The notes under the pieces were generated by a model. The model was not told the DNA's origin. It did no database searches and saw nothing but the letters and a program-made list of their open reading frames with translations. The position numbers were made by a program, and so were the translations under genes. A stretch of 64,000 nucleotides of DNA, from contig CAKSDR010000001.1 of the NCBI GenBank assembly GCA_934446095.1, positions 4,893-68,892 of the forward strand, in the 5' to 3' direction. Below, in pieces: positions 19,066-28,500 of this stretch. The DNA is from an uncultured Eubacteriales bacterium (lineage in GTDB: Bacteria; Bacillota; Clostridia; Oscillospirales; CAG-382). Position 1 is the first letter of the stretch, and the number at the start of each line of letters is the position of its first letter.

Positions 19066-20458
19066 ATTTAACTTATTCAAAAAGTCGGTATGCATATTTT
19101 TATTGCTGAGCCTTGCGTTTTCGGGAATTTCGGTTTTTGCCGACGAAGAACAGGCACCGGAGCAGAAAAATGAATCGTACGTAAAGCCTTTCGTTTATTT
19201 CCATGAAAAACCGATGTGCGAGTTTGCGGGAATAGAAAGCCCCGAGATCCACGGGAAATATGCCGTTGCCGTGAATGCCGACACGGGGAGCATAATGTAC
19301 TGCAAGAATCAAAATGTACTTGCTTTTCCGGCATCTACCGTGAAAATTATGACGGCAATTGTCGCATATGAAAATATTCCGGACCTTGAAACGGAGATTA
19401 TGGCTTCCGAAAACGCAGTAAAAATATCGAGAGGAACAAGACTGAATCCGCTTCAGCCGATAAAGGCGGGAGAAAAATTTACTGCAAGGCAGCTTATGTA
19501 CGCAATGCTTATGAACGGAGCGAACGATGCCGCAAATGTTCTTGCGGAGCATGTCGGCGGAAGCGTGGCAAAATTCTGCGAAATGATGAACGACAAGGCG
19601 AAAGAAATAGGGGCGGTAAACACAGTATTCAAAAATCCCACCGGTCTTCATGAAGAGGGAATGGTGACAACGGCTTACGATATGGCCCTTATTGCAAACT
19701 ACGCATATTTTATTAATGAAATTACCGAAATGGCGTCGACTGCGAATTATACTATCGATAAAACCGAAAAGACCGATACCAGCCGGTATATAATCAACCG
19801 CAACAGAATGATTTTAAGGCTTGAGGGGCAGAAAAACTATTTTTACAAAGGTTCGCGCGGACTAAGTTCCGGAAGCACTCCTCAGGGAGGCGTATGCATT
19901 GTTGCCGCGGCAAAAAGAAACGGCCTTACGTATATTGTTGTAGTACTTGATTCAGAAGAAACAGACAGCGAAAATTTCGGATATTCGGACGCCGAAAGCA
20001 TACTTGACATGTGCTTTAATGAGTTTTCGATGCAGGAGGTCATAAGCAAGAATAAAATTGCATGCGAGGTGCCTGTAGGACTTTCGTCGTCTACCGACTA
20101 TGCAACGCTTTTCCCGAAGGAAAGCGTAAGCGCACTTTTGCCGAACAATATTGATACAGGCGCGGATTTAAAATATGAAAAACTCATATATAAAGACGCG
20201 AACGCGCCTATAAGGCAAGGCGACGAATTCGGAGATTATGTTGCGGTTTTTAAAGATGATATTGTTCTCGGCAGGACAAAACTTGTGTCCGGAACGGACA
20301 TTGAAAGAAGCAATATCTTATATATAATGCACAGAATAACAAATTTTTTGAAGAGCAGATGGTTTAAGGCGGCGGCAGTTTCCGCAGTTGTAATATTCAT
20401 TATATACTGCGTCGCATACGCAAGAGCCAGAAAGAAAAGAAGAAATTACAGACGCTGA
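19052..20458 (+). CDS. D-alanyl-D-alanine carboxypeptidase (S11 family, PBP5/DacB-like) with C-terminal membrane anchor
   Basis: TTG start after GGGAGAA, a signal peptide, SxxK (ASTVK), an SxN-like motif (NGAND), a KTG-like motif (KNPTG) and a C-terminal TM plus basic tail. Confidence 0.88.
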   Translation: MKKNKFNLFKKSVCIFLLLSLAFSGISVFADEEQAPEQKNESYVKPFVYFHEKPMCEFAGIESPEIHGKYAVAVNADTGSIMYCKNQNVLAFPASTVKIMTAIVAYENIPDLETEIMASENAVKISRGTRLNPLQPIKAGEKFTARQLMYAMLMNGANDAANVLAEHVGGSVAKFCEMMNDKAKEIGAVNTVFKNPTGLHEEGMVTTAYDMALIANYAYFINEITEMASTANYTIDKTEKTDTSRYIINRNRMILRLEGQKNYFYKGSRGLSSGSTPQGGVCIVAAAKRNGLTYIVVVLDSEETDSENFGYSDAESILDMCFNEFSMQEVISKNKIACEVPVGLSSSTDYATLFPKESVSALLPNNIDTGADLKYEKLIYKDANAPIRQGDEFGDYVAVFKDDIVLGRTKLVSGTDIERSNILYIMHRITNFLKSRWFKAAAVSAVVIFIIYCVAYARARKKRRNYRR

Positions 20459-20512
20459 ATTTTAAAAATATTTTTTAAATTTTAAAAAACCCTTTCATTT
20501 TTCAAAACTATG

Positions 20513-20521
20513 TGATATAAT
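20513..20521 (+). promoter_or_regulatory. Extended -10 element (TGaTATAAT) upstream of ferredoxin gene
   Basis: tgatataat read directly. No convincing -35 element. Confidence 0.35.
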
Positions 20522-20631
20522 ACCTAAAACAGAAGAAAACGGCGGGGTGCCGCGGGATTTTGTTTTTGGATTTTATCCCTGATTAAGAGCCGGGGGATCC
20601 GGCAAAAATATTTGATTTTGGAGGTGCTAAC

Positions 20632-20802
20632 ATGGCATATTTAATTACTGATGAATGTATTTCGTGCGGCGCTTGCGCCGATGAATGTCCGGTGAAGTGC
20701 ATTTCGGAGGGCGACGGCAAATTTGTAATCAATAAAGACGAATGTATTGATTGCGGAACATGCGCAAGCGTTTGCCCCGTAAGTGCTCCCGTTTCGGAAT
20801 AA
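20632..20802 (+). CDS. fdx: Clostridial-type 2x[4Fe-4S] ferredoxin (56 aa; below the ORF-track size cutoff)
   Basis: Translates to MAYLITDECISCGACADECPVKCISEGDGKFVINKDECIDCGTCASVCPVSAPVSE, which carries two CxxCxxCxxxCP motifs. RBS GGAGGTG lies 5 nt upstream. Confidence 0.88.
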   Translation: MAYLITDECISCGACADECPVKCISEGDGKFVINKDECIDCGTCASVCPVSAPVSE

Positions 20803-20820
20803 TTTTTTTGAAAAGTAAGA

Positions 20821-20850
20821 TAGACGCTCCTTGCGGGCGTCTATTTTAAT
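20821..20850 (+). terminator. Intrinsic terminator after ferredoxin gene
   Basis: Stem tagacgc / gcgtcta followed by ttttaattttt. Confidence 0.7.
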
Positions 20851-20866
20851 TTTTGCGGTTTTGCTA

Positions 20867-20895
20867 TTGAAATAAAAATATTTTTGCTATATAAT
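20867..20895 (+). promoter_or_regulatory. Candidate sigma-A promoter for truB
   Basis: TTGAAA, 17-nt spacer, TATAAT. Confidence 0.5.
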
Positions 20896-20943
20896 AAAAA
20901 TGTAACTTCATTGTGATATTTCTTTTGGAGAAAAGCAAATAAT

Positions 20944-21861
20944 ATGGATGGAATTATAAATATATATAAAACCTGCGGCGTAACATCTCACAGCACTGTT
21001 TCGAGGCTTAAAAAAATTCTCGGCATTAAAAAAGCGGGGCATGCCGGAACGCTTGACCCCATGGCGACGGGAGTTCTTCCGGTACTGATCGGCAGGGCTA
21101 CCTGCGCTCAGGACTATATTATGGGAAAGAGCAAATGCTACCGCGCGGGAATCCGTTTCGGTACGGAAACGGACAGCGGAGATATCACGGGAAATATTAT
21201 TAAGAAGGAAGACTTTAATAAAGACAAGGAAACAGTCATTGACGCCGCAAAATCATTTTGCGGAAAAATAAAGCAGACGCCTCCCATGTACTCTGCCGTT
21301 AAAGTCGGCGGCAGAAAACTTTACGAACTTGCAAGGGAAGGGAAAACGGCAGAACGAAAAGAACGTGAAATTGAGATATACAGTATTGATTTTGAAAAAA
21401 AACTCAATGATACCGACTACGTTTTCGTTGTAATGTGTTCTAAGGGAACATATATAAGGACGCTTGCAGAAGATATAGGAAAAAAACTCGGGACGGGAGC
21501 GTGCCTTTTCAGTCTTGAAAGAATTTCAAACGGCATGTTTACGGCCGATGACAGCATAACTCTTGACGAACTTCAGGAATATGCGGACAGGAATGAAACC
21601 GATAAAATCAGTGAACGGATAATTTCCTGCGAGAAAATTTTCGAAAAATATCCTGCGGTCACTCTTTCGGCGTTTTATTCGAAACTTTGCAAAAACGGCT
21701 GCGAAATATATGCGTCAAAGGCGGGAATAGATATCGGTATATTCGATTCCTGCGGATTTTGCAGACTTTATGACCAAAACAACGTGTTTTTTGCCTTGGG
21801 CAAACTTTCATTATACAATTCGGGACATGCAGTAAAGGCGGTCCTGCGCTTTGCCGACTGA
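20944..21861 (+). CDS. truB: tRNA pseudouridine(55) synthase
   Basis: GHAGTLDPMATGVLPV catalytic-Asp motif and a PUA-like C-terminus. Confidence 0.95.
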   Translation: MDGIINIYKTCGVTSHSTVSRLKKILGIKKAGHAGTLDPMATGVLPVLIGRATCAQDYIMGKSKCYRAGIRFGTETDSGDITGNIIKKEDFNKDKETVIDAAKSFCGKIKQTPPMYSAVKVGGRKLYELAREGKTAERKEREIEIYSIDFEKKLNDTDYVFVVMCSKGTYIRTLAEDIGKKLGTGACLFSLERISNGMFTADDSITLDELQEYADRNETDKISERIISCEKIFEKYPAVTLSAFYSKLCKNGCEIYASKAGIDIGIFDSCGFCRLYDQNNVFFALGKLSLYNSGHAVKAVLRFAD

Positions 21862-21885
21862 TATTTTTTAAAGGACTTTGGTTTT

Positions 21886-22458
21886 ATGAAAAAAATAATC
21901 GCAATATCGCTTGCAGCGATTTTTGTATGCGTTGCCGCGGCGGCAGGAGTATTGGTTTTAAAAAATCGCAAAGATCGGGGCGGCGTAAAAAAAACAACAT
22001 ATATTTTTTACGAATACGACGGAATTTCATGCGCCGACGATGACCCCGATTATCTTTTGTGCAACAGGTTTATGCAATACGAAAACGACGGTGTGTCAGT
22101 GCTTATTACCGATGATAACTATGAAGAATACGGCGACGGAGCAGTGTTTTTTTCGAAGTATTTCGATATTTTGCGCAGAGGCGATAATGAAGAATACAAA
22201 AACTGTTTTGCGGACGGCGTTTACAATAACGCAGATGAAATCCGGGAGTTTACGCCGCAGAGAATTTATGATATTATTATAGAAGATGTATCTGATGAAG
22301 AAAAATTAAGATATGTTGTGAGATATAAGATATTGAAAAACGACGGCTCTTTCAGGACCGATATAATTGACGATATATATCATCCGCTTGTGTTTGAACT
22401 GAGTCCCGGCAGCGATGGCAGTTTGAAAATATCGGATATATATGAATATTATAAATAG
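21886..22458 (+). CDS. Membrane-anchored hypothetical protein
   Basis: N-terminal TM or signal anchor (IIAISLAAIFVCVAAAAGVLVL) followed by a 150-aa acidic domain. Family not recognised. Confidence 0.5.
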   Translation: MKKIIAISLAAIFVCVAAAAGVLVLKNRKDRGGVKKTTYIFYEYDGISCADDDPDYLLCNRFMQYENDGVSVLITDDNYEEYGDGAVFFSKYFDILRRGDNEEYKNCFADGVYNNADEIREFTPQRIYDIIIEDVSDEEKLRYVVRYKILKNDGSFRTDIIDDIYHPLVFELSPGSDGSLKISDIYEYYK

Positions 22459-22483
22459 TATTTTTAAAACGGAGGTATTTTAT

Positions 22484-22849
22484 ATGAGTTTCTTTGATGA
22501 TTTTTCAAAAAATGTAAGCTATTCCGCAGGGAAAGTATGCGAGAAGGCTGAAAAACTTGCCAAGGTTTCGGCTGTGACGATAGAAATTGCTTCCCAGAAG
22601 GATAAACTTTCGAAAATTTATGCTAAAATCGGAGAAAGAGTAGTCGAAAACGCTCTTGAATCCTGCGAGCATGAAAACGACGTATTTTATAAACTTATCG
22701 ACGAGGCAAAGTGCGAGAGGGGAAAACTTCTTGACCTTATCAAAAAGAAGGAAGAAATACAAAAAATAAAAAAATGCCGCAACTGCGGAGAAAAACTCTG
22801 CGGCGATGTTTTGTACTGCCCGTCATGCGGTGCTAAAGTTTCCGAGTAA
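22484..22849 (+). CDS. Zinc-ribbon domain protein with helical N-terminal region
   Basis: Start set to ATG 22484, which follows GGAGG. C-terminal CRNCGEKLCGDVLYCPSCGAKV is a CxxC...CxxC zinc ribbon. Confidence 0.6.
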   Translation: MSFFDDFSKNVSYSAGKVCEKAEKLAKVSAVTIEIASQKDKLSKIYAKIGERVVENALESCEHENDVFYKLIDEAKCERGKLLDLIKKKEEIQKIKKCRNCGEKLCGDVLYCPSCGAKVSE

Positions 22850-22868
22850 ACCGGGAAAACGCAGTTTT

Positions 22869-22900
22869 GCAGGACGCCTTCGGCGTCCTGCGTTTTATTC
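22869..22900 (+). terminator. Intrinsic terminator or attenuator immediately upstream of the ABC-F gene
   Basis: Perfect 10-bp GC-rich stem gcaggacgcc-ttcg-ggcgtcctgc followed by gttttattctt. Confidence 0.75.
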
Positions 22901-22926
22901 TTAAGCATCTACAGGGAGAGTTTTGT

Positions 22927-24849
22927 GTGATAATACTGAGTCTTGATAATATAAATATTTCTTTCGGAGAAAAAAATATTCTTCGGAACATATCTTTTGG
23001 GCTTAATGAAGGGGATAAACTCGGGATTGTGGGTGTAAACGGCGCCGGAAAAAGCCTGCTTCTGAAAACCATTACGGGAAAAATTTCTCCCGAGTCCGGC
23101 GGAGTTTATATATCCCGCGACAAAAAGATTTCATATCTCGAGCAAAACGATTATTTTGATCCCGAAAAAACAATTTTTGATGAAATGCTTCCGGCCTTTT
23201 CAGAACTTTGCGCGCTTGAAGAAAAACTTGCGCAGCTTTATGAAAAAATGAATGATAAAAATGATTCAAACAATCATATGGCCCTTGCAAAAGAATATAC
23301 TTTAAGTGAGGAAAAATTCCGAACATGCGGAGGATATGAATATAAAAACCGCATAAAAAGCATGCTGTGCTCGCTCGGGTTTGACGAGGAAAGGCAAAAA
23401 TCTAAAACAAGCACGCTTTCGGGCGGGCAGAAAACAAGGCTCTGCCTTGCAAGAACGCTGCTTTGCGAAAGCGATATTCTGATTCTCGACGAGCCGACAA
23501 ACCATCTTGATATAAAAACGGTAGTGTGGCTTGAGGAGTTCTTGTCTTCATACAAAAAGACGCTGCTTGTTGTTTCGCATGACAGATACTTTCTTGACAA
23601 AGTGACAAATAAAACTTTTGAAATTGAAAACGGCGAGGGTAAAATGTATAATGTCCCTTATACAAAATTCGTCGAACAAAAGCAAAAGAATCTTGAAACC
23701 GATATTAAGCATTATGAAATGCAGAAACGCGAAATTGAAAGAATGGAAGCGTTTATAGAAAACCAGAGAAGGTGGAACAGGCAAAGAAATATAATTGCTG
23801 CCGAAAGCCGCATGAAAGCCATTGAAAGAATGGACAAACTTGAAAGGCCAAAGAATGCTCCTGGCAAAATTTCGATGAAATTTTCATCCGGAGAACATAA
23901 ACTTTTGTCTGATAATATTCTTGAGGCGAGAGAACTTACAAAGGGATTTTCCGGGAAAACTCTTTTTTCGGGAGTGTCATTCGTGCTTCACAGCAGAGAA
24001 AGAATGTTTATATTCGGTCAGAACGGAGTCGGAAAATCAACGCTGTTAAAAATTCTCAGCGGGAAAATCACAGAATACGGCGGCAGTTTTGAATATATAA
24101 ACAAGATAAAAATAGGTTATTACGACCAGGAACACCAAGGACTTAATCCCGGCAACACAGTACTTGAAGAGTTGTGGGACGATTTTCCGGATAAAAATCA
24201 GAACGAAATAAGAAGCATTCTTGCAAGATTTCTGTTTACGGCGGATGATGTTGAGAAAAAAGTTTCGAGCCTGTCGGGAGGCGAAAAAGCAAGGCTTACA
24301 TTCGCAAAAATGATGCTTGAAAAACTCAACCTTCTGATACTTGACGAGCCCACAAATCACCTTGACGCGCAAAGCAGAGAGGTGCTGGAAGACGCGCTTT
24401 CGGAATATGACGGAACTATACTTGCAGTGTCGCACGACAGATATTTTATAAAAAAACTTGCGACAAGAATTATGGAACTGTATCCCGGAGGTTATTTCGA
24501 CTACACGGGAGGATATGAGGATTTTTGCGAATATGTTAAAAATCATCCTCGTGACGCGAAAACCGGAGAGCGCGGAGAAGACAGCAAAAAGGATAATAAA
24601 AGTGAGTATATTAAGGGCAAAGAGGAAAAAAGCATAAAAAGAAAGAATCAAAAACAACTTTCCGATACTGAAAATGAAATTCTGAAAATTGAAGAAAGAC
24701 TTTCTGAAATAGAGAAACTTATGCAGGAAAACGCATCTGATTATATTGCCGCGGCAAAATTTTATGAGGAAACCGAAAAGTTAAACTTAAAACTCGAGGA
24801 ACTTTACGAAAAACTGGAAAAACTCACGGAAGCCTGCGGACTTTCCTGA
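22927..24849 (+). CDS. ABC-F family ATPase (two NBDs, no TMD; ribosome-associated type)
   Basis: Two Walker A motifs (GVNGAGKS, GQNGVGKS), two signatures (LSGGQK, LSGGEK), an inter-domain linker and a C-terminal coiled coil. GTG start at 22927 after AGGGAGAG gives a typical MIILSLDNINISFG N-terminus. Confidence 0.9.
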   Translation: MIILSLDNINISFGEKNILRNISFGLNEGDKLGIVGVNGAGKSLLLKTITGKISPESGGVYISRDKKISYLEQNDYFDPEKTIFDEMLPAFSELCALEEKLAQLYEKMNDKNDSNNHMALAKEYTLSEEKFRTCGGYEYKNRIKSMLCSLGFDEERQKSKTSTLSGGQKTRLCLARTLLCESDILILDEPTNHLDIKTVVWLEEFLSSYKKTLLVVSHDRYFLDKVTNKTFEIENGEGKMYNVPYTKFVEQKQKNLETDIKHYEMQKREIERMEAFIENQRRWNRQRNIIAAESRMKAIERMDKLERPKNAPGKISMKFSSGEHKLLSDNILEARELTKGFSGKTLFSGVSFVLHSRERMFIFGQNGVGKSTLLKILSGKITEYGGSFEYINKIKIGYYDQEHQGLNPGNTVLEELWDDFPDKNQNEIRSILARFLFTADDVEKKVSSLSGGEKARLTFAKMMLEKLNLLILDEPTNHLDAQSREVLEDALSEYDGTILAVSHDRYFIKKLATRIMELYPGGYFDYTGGYEDFCEYVKNHPRDAKTGERGEDSKKDNKSEYIKGKEEKSIKRKNQKQLSDTENEILKIEERLSEIEKLMQENASDYIAAAKFYEETEKLNLKLEELYEKLEKLTEACGLS

Positions 24850-24886
24850 AATTTCGTCCGAAAATGGAAATTTTAGGCGTAAAAAT

Positions 24887-24923
24887 ATGACGAACAGTGG
24901 AATTTTCGGTTCGTCATTTTTTA
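24887..24923 (+). terminator. Intrinsic terminator after ABC-F gene
   Basis: Stem atgacgaac / gttcgtcat followed by a T-run. Confidence 0.7.
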
Positions 24924-25271
24924 TACAGTGTAGAAAATAACGGCATATTTTTGTAAATTTTCAACAAAACATTTGTTGCGATTTTTAAGTTAAAATATGA
25001 ATATGAGTTCAAAAAGTAAATTTAACGGCAATTATTTATTTAAAAAACTTATATGATAAAATTATATATAACAAAAATAAAAACGCGAAAACCCTATAAT
25101 TATAATGCACAAAATATTTAATAAAATTAATTATATATAACTATAATTATTAAATTTGTGAATTTTTTAATTTAATATAAATTTTTTATACAAACTTTTC
25201 CACATTTTTTGCAAGCGTTTTTGTGCCATTTTATAAAGTTGACTAAATAAAGGACCCGGTAATTGTCATAC

Positions 25272-25300
25272 TTGACAAAAAAGGCATATTATGCTATTCT
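25272..25300 (+). promoter_or_regulatory. Candidate sigma-A promoter of the 25.6-37.7 kb operon
   Basis: TTGACA, 17-nt spacer, TATTCT, with TG at the extended -10 position. Sits at the end of a very AT-rich tract. Confidence 0.4.
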
Positions 25301-25575
25301 TTTTATAAGAATAAATAGGTATATTTATGTCATTTTTTGTCGGTCTTTTTTGCATTTTGAAACATGCTCGCATGTTTTGCCGCACGGGCTTTTGCACAAG
25401 AAAAAATATATTTTTCGGCGCAGAAGATTCCGAACGACGCATGCCTGTAAAAATTACCGCGGAAAACAGATATAAAAATTCCGCGCCGGCCGGGTCAGAA
25501 GCATGGATTCGGCACATATTTTGCGGCGCGGATTTATGTTTCGGCTTTGCAAATATTTTAGGAGGAAATAAACGA

Positions 25576-28500
25576 ATGAACAAAAATGTAAAATTTTTCG
25601 GCAAGTTTATATGCGCAACTCTCGCTGCATCAACGATCTTTTCTTCCGCAGCGTTTGTATCTGCGGCAAAAGGTTCGTCCGAGCCTACATATAATTCGCT
25701 TGCGCAGACTGCCGAACTGCTTACATCCACAACATATGACGAATATCTTATAAGATACTCCAAGACCGATATGGCAAACGAAACCGTAGTTGTTGACGCT
25801 GTGGATTTCGACCGCAAAAGCACGACTTCCGACGTTCTTGTGCTTGATGATAAAGATGGCATCTTGGGCGGGAATTTTGAGAAAGTGTTGTACACTCCCG
25901 ATACCGGTAAGACAGGGTTTAAGGTAAATATTCCCAAGACCGGACTTTACAATATCGAAATTTCATATTTCCCGTTTTCAAAAGTATATTACGACGACGA
26001 GAACAAAATAGTTGCGACCGAGCAGTCAAATCCTAAAAATCTGAATACCGGCGATTACAACTGCCTTTCCGGAAACACTTCTGCTATCGAACGCGTTTTT
26101 GCGATAGATTCCGAAGTTCCCTTCTCCGAGGCGAGAAACATTTCTTTCCCGAGAATATGGAAGAACAACTATATAAATCCCGGACACAGGGAATTCAAAC
26201 TTGACATAAACGGCAATGAGATCCGTCCTAAAATGTATGAGGCGCCGGAATGGAGAAGCGTTACACTGAAAGACTCCAACGCCTTTTACGACGATTCGTT
26301 TGTTTTCTATTTTGAACAGGGCGAGCATACGATACAGTTTGATTCTTCGCGTGAACCTGTTATTTTGGGAGAAATAAAGTTATATACCGAAGAAAAATTA
26401 AAGACATATGAAGAAGTGAAAAGCGAATACGAAAAGAACGGATATAAATCCGCATCTTCCGACGCTTCGATAAAACTTCAGGCCGAAACGCCGAAATACA
26501 CTTCCGAGCAGGTTATCTATCCCGTAAACGACAGAACATCCGCTGTTACCGAACCCCAGGAGGGCGCAGTTTCGCTTCTCAATACGATAGGCGGAGAAAA
26601 GTGGGAAATTGCGGGTCAGCAGGTAGCGTATGAATTTACCTGTAAGGAATCGGGACTGTATTATATAATTCCGCGTTCAAAGCAGTCGGTATACTCCGGC
26701 ATATTTTCATCAAGATCGCTGAAAATTAACGGGGAATATCCGTTCAGCGACGCAAAACACCTTCAGTTCAACTATTCCGACAACTGGAAAACAGATCCGT
26801 TAAATGACGGAAAGACAGAATTTGTATTCTATTTTGAAGAAGGAAAAACATACGAGATTTGTTTTGAAGTAGTTCTCGGAAATCTTACCGAGGATTTAAG
26901 AAAAGTTAACCAGAGTCTTGAAAAAATGAATGAGTATTACAGAAAAATACTTATGATAACAGGACCCAATCCGGATAAATATACTGATTACGACTTTGCA
27001 AAACTTATTCCCGAAGTTTTGAAAGGAATGAGAACAGAAGCCGAAAATCTCTATAGCATATCTGCGGAACTTGAGCAGATTATGGGACAGAAGGGCGAAC
27101 ACTCTGTTCTTCTTGATAAAATAGCATATATTCTTGATCTTATGGGAAATAACCAGACGAAAATACCCGATAACTTATCTGTACTCAAGACATATATTGG
27201 TTCTCTCGGTACATGGCTTCTTCAGTCTAAAAACCAGCCTTTGCAGGTTGACTATATTCTTATACAGGGTATAGATGAGGAACTTCCCAAACCCGAGGCA
27301 AGTTTTTGGCAGTCATTGAAATTTGAGGTAAGTTCGTTTATAAAATCGTTCTTTACTGATTATAACTCGCTCGGCTCGACTGCCGAATCCAAAGGCAGCG
27401 ATCAGTCGATTGAAGTATGGGTAACGACAGGACGCGACCAGGCTCAGATTTTGCGCGAAATGGTAGATGATTTTACTCAGAGTTCAGGAATTTCGGTAAA
27501 TATTAAACTTGTTGCGACAGGAACTCTTCTGCCCGCAACGCTTGCCGGCGTGGGGCCGGACGTTGCGGACGATGCGGATCCTACGAGTTACGGCGTAAGA
27601 ACTGCGGTTAAAAACCTTAACGAGAAAGATCCCGAAACAGGGGAATATGTGTTCTCCGGCATGGATGAAGTGAAGACGTGGTTCAGCGATGCCGCATGGA
27701 GAGCCGTTACGGTATATAATCCCGACGCTACCGACGCAATTAACGAAGAGGCGATTTACGGTGTTCCCGTAACGCAGTCATTCCCGATACTTTTCTACCG
27801 CAAGGATATTTTCACGGATCTCGGACTTCAGGTTCCGGAAACGTGGGATGATGTATACGGAATTATAAGAACATTGTCCGACAACAATATGTCAATGGGT
27901 CTTTTGAGCGATTCGAACATGCTTCTTACATTCATGTATCAGAAAAACGAACCGCTGTATGCGGGTGATACGCCAGAAACTCTCGGTATGAGAACAAACC
28001 TTGATTCAAATATTGCACTTGACGCATTCCAGACGATGTGCGAGTTCTTCACAATGTACAGCCAGCCCGTAAAATTTGACTTCCCGAACCGTTTCAGGAC
28101 AGGAGAAATGCCGATAGGCATTGCCGATTACAGCACTATTTATAATCAGCTTGAGTGCTTTGCCCCTGAAATCAAAGGTCTTTGGGAATTTGTAAGAATT
28201 CCCGGCACGCTTCAGGAAGACGGAACTGTAAATCATGCAATTCCCACTACCATCACAGCTTCAATGATTATGCATAATTCCAAAAATCCTCAGGCTGCAT
28301 GGGAGTACATAAAATGGTGGACGAGTGTTTCCGCACAGGAAAGATTCGGAAAAGAACAGGTTGCCGTTATGGGATCTGCCGCAAAATATAATACGGCGAA
28401 TATTGAGGCGCTTAAGGCTCAGCCGTGGTCATCTCAGGAAGTTAAAAATCTTTCCCAGCAATTCGAGTCCCTCGAGGGAACGCCTATGACGCCGGGTAAC

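Noticed and set aside
24997-25056. 19-codon ORF (MNMSSKSKFNGNYLFKKLI) in the AT-rich tract.
   Set aside because: It has no RBS, and it is the kind of chance ORF expected in AT-rich sequence.
24950-25260. The extreme AT-rich tract as a possible CRISPR leader or array, mobile-element end or origin-like element.
   Set aside because: It has no regularly spaced repeats, no terminal inverted repeats, no DnaA-box clusters that I can see, and no integrase or transposase nearby. I kept it only as part of the operon-upstream finding.
25266-25937. 223-aa minus-strand ORF, and the 83-codon N-terminal extension of the plus-strand ORF starting at 25327.
   Set aside because: Both run through the non-coding leader. 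An AGGAGG RBS and a clean signal peptide start at ATG 25576. The extension sequences are not protein-like.
27910-27925. CGAACATGCTTC, an SOS-box-like sequence.
   Set aside because: It lies inside the SBP coding sequence and has a mismatched second half-site. Only the box overlapping the lexA promoter is convincing.
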